Origin: Balanoglossus misakiensis
Lineage: Eukaryota; Animalia; Hemichordata
DNA length: 64,000 nucleotides
Assembly: GCA_040954595.2 (NCBI GenBank)
Contig: CM082579.2
Location: 1,315,908-1,379,907 of the forward strand
Direction of reading: 5' to 3'
Shown in pieces: positions 1-30,249 of this stretch. The number at the start of each line of letters is the position of its first letter. Within the stretch, counting starts at the first letter, position 1. The notes under the pieces are model-generated. The model had not been told where the DNA came from. It made no database searches and worked only from the letters and a program-made list of their open reading frames with translations. A program made the translations under genes and the position numbers.

Positions 1-130
1 TCGCCATTTTGATTTTCGCAGAAATGTGGCGTTGTCCAATCAACGAAGTCGTTATCACAGACTAGCCAAGCACAAGCCATTTGTTCTTTACAATGTGATT
101 GGCTAATCTTGATCAGGAAATGGACAATAC
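1..130. promoter_or_regulatory. Probable promoter upstream of the HHIPL gene, with CCAAT boxes and a YY1/start-like AAAATGGCG motif on the minus strand
   Basis: gtCCAATca at ~33-41, gATTGGct at ~97-104; the reverse complement of 1-13 reads caaaATGGCGA. Confidence 0.4.
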
Positions 131-462
131 GAAATGGGGCACACAAGCGGGACAACGAGTAAACACGGTGAAATTTAACAACTTTAAGAACACACAACTC
201 ATTCTTTTTTAAAATAAAAATATGCTTATGATATTTTTGTATATCGTAAGACTACATTTTGCTCCAAAAGGTGACTTATTAGACGGCGAGTGTAACTGCC
301 CTACACCTATCAGAATATGGACTATTCCACGTTCGCAAGTACAATATACTTTTGTTTTCAGCTTGCTGAAATATACACGCAAAACACGGAAATCAAGGCC
401 ATTCAGTACGTGATTAAAGATAAAAGCACCTACAAACCCACTTGTTGCTCACTGCCAGAAAT

Positions 463-4677
<4,215 letters not shown>

Positions 4678-7452
4678 TCATTGCTTTTAAAGGCCCATAT
4701 TTCTTAGTCAAGGGCATTTTGACATTAACACATGCCCCCTTATAATATAATGTGTATCTGATGCTTGTCTAGTTTGTTCATTTTCTCACCAAAGACATGG
4801 TTTATGTAGATCTTCAGTTATTGAATTTTAATGAAAGAACATTTTGTACATTTGGCCTAATTTAATATAAAAAGAACAAATTTATAAAAAAGAATAATTT
4901 GTATATTTAGCCAATTCAAAATGTTTATTCATGCCATATGAATATATAAGTACATATATACATTACTGCGAGTTTGTAAATCATAACACGTTTGTAAACA
5001 GAATAAAAAGTGAATCTTTTATGTTTAAAATATCAAATGTAACAAAATTGTTGCTTTTCTGTGAATAGAGTGAGAAAGTCATAAGCAGAGAAGTCCAATA
5101 TGTTGCCATGGTGATATTGTGTATGAATTATTTGTGACACTAGGTTTCCATCCATGGAAACAGGGAAGATGTTTAATTATTGAAGAAGTGTGATGAATGT
5201 TTATACTGAAGCAGTCGCTTTTTGTATGAGGGGGCTTTGTATGATTGGAACTAAAGCTGGGAATCTTTCCTTTGTGTATGAGAAAATTTGAAATGTCCAT
5301 CAGGGTAAAACTGTTTGGATGGGATTTTGTGTAGCTAAGGATAAATCTATGATCTGGGAGCTATAATGAAAATAACATCAAGTGTACATTGTATATGTTG
5401 CAGTTTGACAGAGCACTTGTACTGTTAAGCAGCCATGCAAAAAATAAATCAACTATATTGCAAACTGTGATAATATTTGTAGGTTTATTTCTGATGAAAT
5501 GTGAAAAAATAGAATCTACAACATGCATAATGAAAGGCAGTTCCCTTATTGGAAGTCATGAATAGCTAATTTTCTTCAAGAAACTAACTAATTCGCTAAC
5601 AGGGTCAGCTATGGAAGTTAAAGTTTGAAAAGTAATTGTCACGGTGTATATTACAATCATGTTAGTATCATGATTTAATTTCAGAATCTTGTTTGCAAAA
5701 CTAACTCTATAAAAAATAAGCCCAAAATTTACACAGACTGCTTCAAAGTTTTAAAAAATAAAAGCAAACATTTGAAAAGCTGTCGTTCAGAAGTTTTCAA
5801 ATGTATAATTGTTAATATGTATACATGGAATTATAAAAACAGAATAAATCCAATGATGGTCGTTTACAGAAGGAGACAGAGGGAAAATTAAAAGCCGAAC
5901 TGGCCAATGAAAGTCTAGCATGGCTTTCAGTCACACCCTGTACAATGGTACCTTCCACCCCTATCCTGTGGTTTAACCCTATAACTTTATAATAAGGCTG
6001 TACCAATATACATGAGAATAGGGGTGCAAGGGGTTAACACACCCAAACGAAACAAAGGAATCTTTATGAAGTATGATATCTGAATCTATATTATTCCCCC
6101 TCGTCAGTAATCAATATTTGTTATGTATTTGAGCACTAGTGAAAACACACTGTTTATATGTTCGTTTTGAATATTACAAACAATTCAGCTCTCTCAAAGC
6201 GTAATTCCACCACAGACCTACAAGAAAACATGGATTTATGGTCCCAATGTATCCAAAAATAGCATCAATGACACTGTGCTCCCGTTTTGATCTGATTGAA
6301 ACCCATCGTAGGAAATTTTTGTTCCTGGCAAATATTTCCTTTACTGTGGTGACAGAATCTTTGGACTAGGTATCTTAAACTGTACACACTTTATCAAGTG
6401 GCAAGACCAGACCATCAAATTTTACCCTCAAAAGTGGCTTGTATATTTTACATTTGTGGAAGTGAGTAGCCTGAAAGTATCAAGATGAAGAAATTATCAC
6501 TTGAACTAACACCAAAATACACATAGCTTTTTGTATCAGGATTTATGATAGGCCAAAAAACTAGATTTTGTAGCAGGAGCAGCAAACATCAACCAATACA
6601 AAAGAATCTATTAACTGAATTTCTATTAACTGATTTTTTTCTATAGATGTCCAACACAATTCTTCAGCAGTAAATGATATTTGTGTATTCTGTTCAACAA
6701 ATATTTATGTAAATGCATCTACTGTGTGCAAATCACACCTTTCTGCTGAATTAAGCAAGAAGAAATTCATTGTCATTTAAAAATGAAAATAAACTCAGGG
6801 GAAAATGGCCTTGATTTTAATCTGGGAAGAGTTCACTGTCAAGATGCAACTGAGGCAGATATTTCAGCCGCCATAGTTACACCTGATGTCTACTGGCTCT
6901 GGCTGCTATTTTAAACTCTGATATATTCCATTAAAATGCCCAAATTGCGAGAAGAATGCCTCTTGGTTTGTTCCCAATGAGATACCATACAGTCCAAGAC
7001 ATACTTTTATGTCTATGCCCGGTTATGTGCCAAAGGCTATAGCACGCAGGCCAACAGCTGATGATTGTTATTGTGAATGAATAACATGGAAACCACTGCC
7101 ACCTTGTTAAGAATTCTTTGCAACTTTCAAAATAGTGATGAAACGAAAAACAACACAAGACACACTTGATCTTCCATGGTTAAATTGTCTCGGTTGCATG
7201 GGCATCTTACATTTCATGTCTTGAATGCATCAGTTGTACACTAGTAGCTAGCATGTCAATCTGCTTAACTTTTCTGTTCAGTAGGTGTTACGTGTACACA
7301 CTATATTTTCATGACAATTTCAGCCCACCAGTAGCTCATGCTAGCATATTTTCTTGCAAATAATGTCAACACAGATCCTTGGTCCGTTGGATTCAGAAAA
7401 CTTTAAAGCGATTATGACTAAAAAAACTGGACATGCACTGATTGGATCTCTC

Positions 7453-21145
<13,693 letters not shown>

Positions 21146-21395
21146 TATCGTTGTTTATGTCCACTGCACGGTTCAGGAATACGATCTAACCTCTGTACAC
21201 TGTTCGTACGCCCGCTTATGAAGGGCGCGACCAAATCGTTCCAGCTCTCCTACAAAAATGTTCGTCTGCTGGGATAAACCGCAACACAAATCAACGTTGA
21301 GGCCTCGTGATATTCAAACCATGCAAACCGCCGATCCAGTTTTTCTGTCAACCCTGGCTGGTGGGCAGAACTTCCGTGCCTACCTCCTCTGCCAT

Positions 21396-21691
21396 ATTTG
21401 ATTTTGACTACCTGTTATAGTCTGCAATCAGAGGGGCCAATCAGAAAGCTCGTTCTAAACCAACACCGGAAAGCGTTTCCGGAAGTGGGTGCCGCTGACA
21501 AAGTTAATTTCTACGCTTGAATAACAATAAATTGAGATCGACTAAGCCATTCAAAGCGGTGTGGTTTGGTACTATGAGCTTGCGGCATTTCTTTTCGGGG
21601 ACTTCCAGCTCATAAGTTCCACAGACTTTGAGCAATTTGATGAAATTAGCGTTTAATGCAGTAACATTTTATTACGCATGCGCGAGGCAAC
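21396..21691. promoter_or_regulatory. Bidirectional promoter between DIAPH (-) and TDRD3 (+)
   Basis: Start codons are ~550 bp apart and diverge. Motifs: CCAAT box (ggccaatcag ~21435), ETS/GABP-like ccggaa sites (~21467; ccggaagtg ~21479), NRF1-like cgcatgcgc (~21675), YY1-like caacATGGCG at the TDRD3 start and aatATGGC on the minus strand at 21395. Confidence 0.75.
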
Positions 21692-24600
21692 ATGGCGGAA
21701 TCAAAACTTCGAAAACAAGGATGGTATGTAAAAATTGTCATAGAAGTTGCTGTGCCGGGCACTTGCCCATATTTTAACGCTGCATATTGTAGTTGGTGAT
21801 TCTTGGTTACTCTGTTTAGAAAACGGACACGATTTACATGACAAGCGCGGACCAAGTCATAGTACTACATGTAGCACATGATGCCATGCCATACACGCGA
21901 CACGACATGCTACATCTGGAATCTGAATCATGTACATTGCACTGTACTGACTACTGAATTACAATATTTGAGTGGGATCAGACATATATATGTTAACCAG
22001 GAAGTGTGGGATGAAGCCGCGTTTGCGCATATGCATTCGTGGGACATGACTTCCTACTGGTACTATTCATTGCGTGTTTGTATGACATTGACAGTCATTC
22101 ATTATTAGTTCAACGCGTGTTAATAAAGTGTGGAGTGTTGTAGCACAGGCGCAGGAATCACAGACTGTAACCTGATTGCACTACAGGCTACAGTCAGTGT
22201 GATTCCTGCGCCTGTGATTGAAAGTGAAATCATGCCAAATAATGATATCCTCACATTTTTTCCCCTTCCCACACCACATGAATAAAGGCATCTTAGCAAA
22301 GAGGGATTTGCGGAATGCTGTGATGGAATAGATAATGAGAATGTTGATGCAGTTCTCAAGAATGCATTAAATGTAAGTTTTGAATTTTTAGTGTATTAAC
22401 AGGCCCATCCAATCTATTATCAAATCATGGTCTAAATACACATTTCTAAGCCTTGGCCTATGGCATATTCAGTAAATTGATACTAGTAGTTTTAGGTGAG
22501 TGTAATAAAGACCAACCAACCTAGTATGGTCTGAGTCTCAGCTCTGTCATTGTAGCACTACAGGTAAATGTCTTTCTATTCTATGTGTACGTGTATACAG
22601 GCTGATCTAAGGCAGATTGGTGAGGCATTTTTTCCAACAGACATCAACAGAGGAAAAATCGAATGTGTAAGTACAGAAAATATATATTGAGTGATGTACT
22701 GTTTATTTTCCATAGGAAGTTATTTATGCTGTATCATACTGAATATACATGCAGACTTACACCTGTCATGACATCTCACAGCTTACAGCAACAAAATCCA
22801 GTCCATACCTACTGTGAATGTGAGCTGTATACATCGAATATCAACATTATTTTCTTCACCATAGATCAAAGGGCCATGCGTACTACAGATTCAGAAATCA
22901 CGAAATGTGACGGCACCAAAAGCCAATGAGGAATCACAACATGCACCAAGGATGCTAAGACTCAGTCTGACAGATGGCCAAAGTACTTGTGGTGGTATTG
23001 AAGTCAAACGTATTGATAAATTAAGGTCAGTGGTTTGGCTTGAAACTTCAATTGATGTATAGATTTGTTAGGTGTTATTCTTAAATATCATTTTCACACT
23101 GAGAAACCATTGCCTTGTATCGTATATTTAGATTTCTTACAAGACAAGTATAATGCTTGGAAATTATCACCCATATTATCTCTTTGTCTTTTTTTATTGT
23201 ATAGTTTGTCAAGCGCACCAGGAACCAAAGTGAAACTGACTGGTGACATCCCGATTCAAAATGGATTTCTGCTCTTAGACAATCAGAATACTACTGTCCT
23301 AGGTGGCCGAGTTGAAAAACTTGTCACCAAGTGGGAGCTTGCAAGGGTAACTGCCTCTACCATACTCCTGCTGATGATTTATCCACTATTTGTTTTGGTA
23401 TTAGAAAAATTCAGTTTGATAAATCTTCTGTTGTGTCACTATTGTAATTCTCTTGTTTCCAGAGTTTAGCACACCACAGTAGAAATTATGAAGGCAGAGA
23501 AGGTGGTCCACCTCCGTGGATCCCTTTTGGACAGAAGAGAGGGCCTGTAAACAGAGAAAAAGCCAACATAAGAGGTCTGTTACAATTCTGATTACTCATG
23601 GGTTTGAGAGTTTGTCTCAGATAAACTGCATTTGTAGCAGACTGGTTCAGTGATCTGCTAAAATCCCAAGTTCACAAAACAGTTTATTGATTTTAACTTT
23701 CTTCCGTAGATTTCAAGTCACTAGACACTCACAAGGAACACAACGAACACGACAAGGAGTTTGAAGAACAGAGGAAGGCAGTCATTGAAGCCACACTACA
23801 GGAGGGGAAAAGTAAAACATTTGGAGGTGGTAGTGCCGCTGCACAGAATCTGCAGAAAGAAAAAGAAAGCCAGAGAAAATCTGCCGCAAGCAGTGGTGGC
23901 AGTTCAGCAAACTCTACCAGTGGTTCTGGGATTTACCGACAGTTGCCATCTGGAGTATGTATATCAGAAGTTTCTTTCTATTTTCACTGCCACCATCTAA
24001 CCCTTACAAAATTCATATGTGTCACAATGGCACTTATCAGCCTCTGCATGATTTAGTGTGCACTTAACCAAATTGCAATCTTTCAGTTGCTTTCATTTCT
24101 TTGTACATTTACATCTTTTTGCCATAGGTTGATGACAAAGCTCTTCAGAAATTGATTGACATGGGATTTGAGAGAGAAAGGTCAATCTCTGCCCTCAAAG
24201 AGCACTCAGGGGATGTAGATGGTGCAATACATTCACTACTTCAAGCTCCACAACAACAACAACAAGGTTACCAGAAATACTCCAGTGATGGTGGTGGTGG
24301 CAGTGCTGGTGGTAGGCAAAGATCAGGTAAAAAAGTGCCATTGGTTTGGTGTTATCTACAGTAGACATTACAGTTGCCTCTTTGAATTTTATACATGTAC
24401 TATGTTTCAACATGCTTGCCTCAGAATGATGTAGTTTCTATCATCACAATGTCAGGTGGTAGGGGAAGATCAGGTCGAGGCAGAGGACGAGGAAGGGGTC
24501 GTCGTGGACAAGATGATGATGATGACGATGGTGATGTAGATGGCGTGCAAGGCAGACCATCAGGGCCGACAACGTTATTTGATTTTCTGGAAACACAACT

Positions 24601-26186
24601 TGGTACTGTTTCTGGTAAGTTACAGAATAGGAAATCTAGTAACACTACATTCTCCTCAGTAATTCCATAGTTTCCTTTTTTTTATCTTTGTAATTAAAAC
24701 AATATGTATTTCAGTAGAGAAAGAGAACACGGCATCTAACTCGTACAGTGGAAGGCAGTACAATGACAACTGGCAAGAGAGTTCCAAGCCCTACAGAGAC
24801 AGACGGCAACAACAACAAAGTGACAGAAGAAATTACGACCGCCAACCTCAGTCCGTCCATGATGCAGGTATTGTGTTTGTACATGGCGATAAAGACATCA
24901 GGAAAGGCAGAGACACATATAACGGACAGGAACACAGGAATCCGAGTGAGAGAGGATCTCATCAATACCAGAATCAAGGTAGGGGTAATCAATATCCGAG
25001 GAATCAAGGTGACAGAAGAGGCGATCAAGACAGACAACAACAACGAGATTACGGGCCGCGCCAAGAACGAGACAATTATGGCAAGTTTTCACAGTCTAGA
25101 AACTATGCACCCAGACATGAACCACGGCAAAGTTACAATGACAGAAAACAGTTTGATAACAGGACAGATTTCCGACAAGATGGCAGAGGAGGTCGACAGA
25201 ATCGATATGATCATGCTCAGCCTCAGGAGAGACAGGGAAGTCAACAACAGTTCAGAGGTGATCAGAGAGACGAGAGGGATTACAGGGGTGGAGACAGCAG
25301 AGGACAGGATTATCGGCAAAGAGACCGGCCGGAGAGTGGGGCCAGGTCAAGGCAGACCCAGCCTCCTCCACCACCACCCCCACCAGCTGCAGATGCCGGC
25401 AGGAAACAAAAGGAAGATTGGAAGAAGGGAGATCAATGCCTTGCCAAATACTGGGAAGATAATCGGGTAAGATCTGGCTAGATTTTGCAGTGTCATCTAC
25501 CCTGGTTGCAAATACCAATGATAGTACATTTTAATATGTATGAGAGCAGAGACTGATGAATTGTCTGTATGTCTGATACTTGTTCACATGGTTTACAAAA
25601 CTTTCTGTCCCCCAATAGATGTATGCAGCCCAGATCTATGAAGTACATCCTGATTTACCGACTGCGGTGGTTCATTTCCTTGAATATGGAAACCATGAAG
25701 AAGTGTTGCTCCAAGATATCAAGCCCATGCCAACCATAGGTACATGGGTATGTCAGACGTTTTCTTGCATACATGTGTTGGATGTATTTGCACATGAAGC
25801 TTTTGGAGGTGTTCCATCCTGTATTCTGTTCTTCAGTTGTTAGCGTGATACTTAAAATTAGCAGTGGTGTCATAGAGAGAGCGGTTATAGTGCCAGAAGA
25901 TTTTGGGTATAAATGAGGATGCCATGGATTTGTTACATATGTATTTACATACTTGTATATCTATGCATTTGTCTATCATTTTACATCCTGTTCGTTTATT
26001 TTTGACTCGTTCCAGGTCGGAGATGGTAAAACTCGTCGCAGAGTATATGAAAACTTTGAGGGACCCATGGGAGAGACATTGGAATTTCGACAGGGGGGTG
26101 GCGGCAACTACAGACGAGACAGAGAAAGACGTCCACCAAACCGACCCCAACAGCAGTACTACCAACCGCCTGCAGCTAGAAAATAA
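21692..26186 (+). CDS. TDRD3: Tudor domain-containing protein 3 (DUF1767/OB fold, UBA, RG-rich, Tudor, C-terminal EJC-binding motif); 12 exons
   Basis: Approximate exons 21692-21723, 22288-22372, 22601-22666, 22865-23025, 23205-23346, 23463-23573, 23710-23954, 24128-24326, 24456-24614, 24715-25466, 25619-25747, 26016-26186. Motifs [82 protein letters not shown], Tudor [26 protein letters not shown]-terminal [15 protein letters not shown]. Confidence 0.96.
22144..22216. repeat. Near-perfect 73-nt inverted repeat (hairpin) in TDRD3 intron 1
   Basis: cacaggcgcaggaatcacagactgtaacctg, loop attgcacta, caggctacagtcagtgtgattcctgcgcctgtg. About a 31-bp stem with one mismatch and a 2-nt bulge. Confidence 0.85.
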
Positions 26187-27860
26187 AATGAAGTGATACA
26201 TCATTCCTTCCGTGAAACTAATACATTTCAATACAGATGCTTGAATAGGAATATGTAACCTATGCTCTGCAGCCCCATTTCCCTGTATGTAGATCCAAAC
26301 ACATCGTTGAATAAAATGGGGTTGCATCAAAGTCTGGTGATGGTTGAGTTTATACCTTTTTTTTGTTACCCACAGGGTATTACATAGGAAGATTCGAAAT
26401 GCTTTTATGTACAGAAGTACCAAGTATGTCATCTTGTGTACATCAACACACAAATACTTCAATTCACACTGCCTTGCCAAAAAGAGTGCATTTTCTTGAA
26501 GATTTTAGCAAATTCGGATCCAACATTTTTTGCCAACACTGGTAAATTACAACATCCTTAGACCAACATTTTTCAGAAAGGGGTTCTTGTAAGTTTACTC
26601 ACAACACTGAAATGGTTGAAGTCCCATAAAATTAAAATACTTTCAATATTATTTTGCAAAATGCAGCTGTGTATTCAGATTTGTTTTATCTTACCACTTG
26701 AGCTTTATTGTAGTTGAACTGTTTTCTTTAAAGATGAATTTAGCTACTTCCTATTGGAAGTGTAACAAAAATGCTTTGAATATATTTTGTCAGTTTTCAT
26801 TTATGCTATGCCTGCAGACATCATATCAACTGTGTTATTATTCTGGTAAAATAGACAACTGCTTTCCAAATGTCCTCCTAAAGTCCAAGTATTTATTAGT
26901 TTGGGTCAACTTCCCCTGCCCTTTGTTTTAGAGGGATGGGTTGGTCTATTCACAGTGGTAAGATGAAAGAATTTAAATTAATACAAAATGTTTAAAACTG
27001 TTTTATAGAATCCTAAAAATGTTAAAATTAATACTGTACTCAGGATTTGATATTTGGCAATATCACTACTCCTTAATTAATTTTTGAAAGTTGTTTACTT
27101 CCCTAATTTTTATCTATTTTATCTATAGATTACCCATTGAGCCCAAACACATACCGGTAACCCATATTAAGGTTGCGTGATTTTTTTTCTTTCGCATTCA
27201 CACACCACAAAGTTTTTCTGCTTTGTTTCTGTGAATGTTTACTTGTAAGTTCTTAAGTTTTTGTTTCTGGTGCATCTGTCCAATTTAAGAGATAGCAGCT
27301 CTTACTTTGATATTTAATTCAATGCTTGAGATGCACCAATGTGTGAGATTCTATTATTCATACCATCATGCGAGAAACAGAGGTTGTTTTGTTCAAACTT
27401 CACTTCTTTCCTTAAAAGAAAAACTGAAACATGATTAAGTGTTGTGTTTCAATACCATAGTCACAATTCTTGTTACATTTTATATTTCAATTATTTATGC
27501 AATAATGGCTTTCATTTTGTGGCCATGTTAGGGAAGTCTTCCTTTGTTTTCATAAAGCTATTTTGATTTTCAAGTCTCCAATAAATAATACACCTTTACC
27601 AATGACAGTGTTTGTGTAACAATGATCGCTTCTTAAAAGTACCGGAAAAAAGAGAGAGGGTTGACTCTGAATGACGAATTTATTTTTGTACAATTTTAAG
27701 AAATATTTTACAGTGGTTCAGATTGTTTCAATTAGGCATACTTGCATGATAAGTTGTCAAAGTTTTCTGAATGGTCGTTATTTTCTCGTTTTTTTCCCCA
27801 TCAGTCTTTCGTTTCTGTGTTTGAGATTTTGAAATTTCGGTAGATTTCATCATAATCGGA

Positions 27861-29669
27861 CTATTCTACCGCGTCTTCACTCCATTTGCCGTACACGTCC
27901 GCCAGTTCCACGATAGTCTTTGGGAAATTCTCTTTCAGTTCCGAGTCCTTCCGCTCCCTCTCCCTCTGTGTGGTTTCCATGGCAACCATCTTATCTTCCG
28001 CGCCCTTCAGCAACGACACCATTCTTAGATTATCTTTCTCAAGTCGCCAACTTCTGTCTTCCATCTCACTGTAATTTTGTTTCACGACGTCAGCTTTTGC
28101 CAATTCCTTTTCTAGAAGATTTTGTTCTTGGTTGCTTCTATCTAAAATTACCCGCAGTTCATCCATTTCGTCCTCCAAGAGTTTGGTTTCGATGTTCAGA
28201 GTCTCTGTAATCTGTTCCAGATCGTTGATTTTCATGGTTTTCCCTCTGCTGTGTACTTCTCTGGATTTCATTATTTTCCTCGTTTCCCATAATTCTGTTT
28301 CCAGTCGCTCATTTTCCCGCTGCAAACACGCCTTCTCTTCCAGATAAACTGTCTTGTCTTTCATGCTACGTTCCCGAAAATGCGCCAGTGACATTTTCAC
28401 CATATCTACCTGCTCGCGCAACCTGACATTGGCTTGATTAGACTCGTCCAACGAAATTTTCAATTCACTCCGTTCTTTCTCCAAGTTTTCGGCCCGAATT
28501 TGAGAACTGACCCTGGCCTCTTCAACATCGTAAAATATGGTCTCAATTTTCTTATTGTAAGCCTCGGATTCCGACAGTTTGGTTTTTAAGTCAGAAATTC
28601 TCTGCTCCGCGTCGGGGATTGCCTGCTCGCAGATTGGATATTTTGAGTTCATATTCTGCAGACTGAGACGACTTATCTTCGCCGACAGATCTTCGTTTTC
28701 CGATTTAAGTTCTTCGATTCGTTCCGACAAATTCCTGAACACGTTTTCTGCGTCATCAATATCAAGAGATTGGTCACTGGTTATGATTTGCGGGATTCCA
28801 GGTGACTGAGGTGGATGTCTGAAAAAGAAGAACGATTTCAAAGTGTTAAAGCAAACAAGACTTGTTCCCAAAAGAGGAGGAAAGTTACCGTCTGTCCCAC
28901 AAAAGGGCAGATCAGCCGATGTTTTTTAATAATATTCTATTACCAGGGACTCTTACGTTTCATGATGTGACGGAGCTACAAACTGGCGATGTTCACTCGC
29001 ACTTTCTAGTTTGAATGTGATCGCGTCGTCATAGTGACGCTGCAGAGTCGGATCAAACTTTCCAAGGATGGTGAGCACCCTTCCATCCGAACCGAATTGG
29101 ACAGGCTGTCCGTTGATGAATGACTTGTCGCCGAATTCCAGGAGCACCACTTTGTGACCACCGCTTGTTGAACAGATGGTGAGATCGTAGCTGCCGAACG
29201 ATCGACAAAAACTCGTGGCTGAACCTTTACGATTGTTTCCCGATGAATCTCTGTCCGTACGCGTTGATTGCAGTTGTCCTGGGGTAGAAGCATCCGGATG
29301 CCAATCTCTCACACGTTCCGCTCCTCTCACTGATTTTCTCGGCTGTGGAATTGGGCGGTTCGGCCTACTTGGACTGGCTTTTCTAACTTGACCAACTTTA
29401 CTTTTGCGTGTGTATTTCTGTCTGCGCCCACCTATGTGCCGACGCCCTCCATGACGGGCACATCGACCAGTTCTATGGAGCGTCGGACGCCCTCTTCTTG
29501 ATTTCGGAATCTTACAGTCCGATTTGGAGTCGGATTCGTCGTCCTCAGATTTGTTACCGCGTTCCCGTCTTTCATCTACACGAAGTGCTGAACCAGAAGT
29601 GCCCATCTTTGATTTGTCTCCGTTGTGCGCACAGTTGTTTGGTGTTGTATTTTCTGCGTACGTAGGCAT
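27861..29669 (-). CDS. Uncharacterised two-exon protein, ~556 aa: basic/disordered N-terminus, small beta-rich segment, long C-terminal coiled coil
   Basis: Exon 1 29669-28957 (MPTYAENT...HHE, donor AC|gtaaga) joins in frame to exon 2 28818-27861 (ttttcag|A CAT CCA CCT). The E/K/L/R-rich heptad pattern runs ~280 aa. Minus-strand AATAAA at ~27679-27684. Confidence 0.75.
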
Positions 29670-30249
29670 GTCGGCACCCAGAACACAGAATAATAGAACA
29701 GTGGTTGTACGAAAAGAACGCACACGATAATCCAATACCCACAATGCGCCAGGGAACCCTGTTCCATCAGCAACATACACAGTCTTGTGTAGTAAAGCAA
29801 ACACCACACGTTGGATATTTTGCTTAACAGCAAAACTGTTTTAAAAAGTTTACAAAATCACCCGCGCATGAGAGAAAATTTGCTGGCTTGAATTCCTCGA
29901 GCTTGGATGACTTTTTGCTCAGCTGTTTTCTCTCACGTGCGACAGCCTTTCTTGAAAATTTTGAGTCACGTTAAAACACTTCCAGTATACTTTTCAAACT
30001 TTGAGACTAGTAAATGAGGTCCAGCGTACTGAAAAGGTCACCCACTGCATTGCCCCCAGTGTTTGAATTACTCCCACCTTTGATGTCATTTTAGAGAGTG
30101 GTTCTGTTGAATATTAACTGGCTATGTTCATGTTTACTTTATGTTAATACCGGGATGTTGTAAACGCCAGTACGTTGTACAACCGAAACACTTGCAGAAG
30201 TTGACCATCAGCTCTCAGCTACGATCTTCTTCACCATTTCTCCAGCACC

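Noticed and set aside
22172-22195. miR-92/miR-25 family call from the ATTGCAC seed
   Set aside because: The seed lies in the hairpin loop and the 3' sequence does not resemble miR-92.
24748-25470. 240-aa overlapping ORF within TDRD3 exon 10
   Set aside because: An alternative frame of a purine-rich low-complexity exon with a non-ATG start. The TDRD3 frame explains the region.
25833-26480. 215-aa minus-strand ORF
   Set aside because: Antisense to the last TDRD3 exon and UTR, with no recognisable protein features.
30106-30119. HNF1-like site upstream of SLC5 copy 1
   Set aside because: Two mismatches to consensus in AT-rich DNA; not distinguishable from chance.
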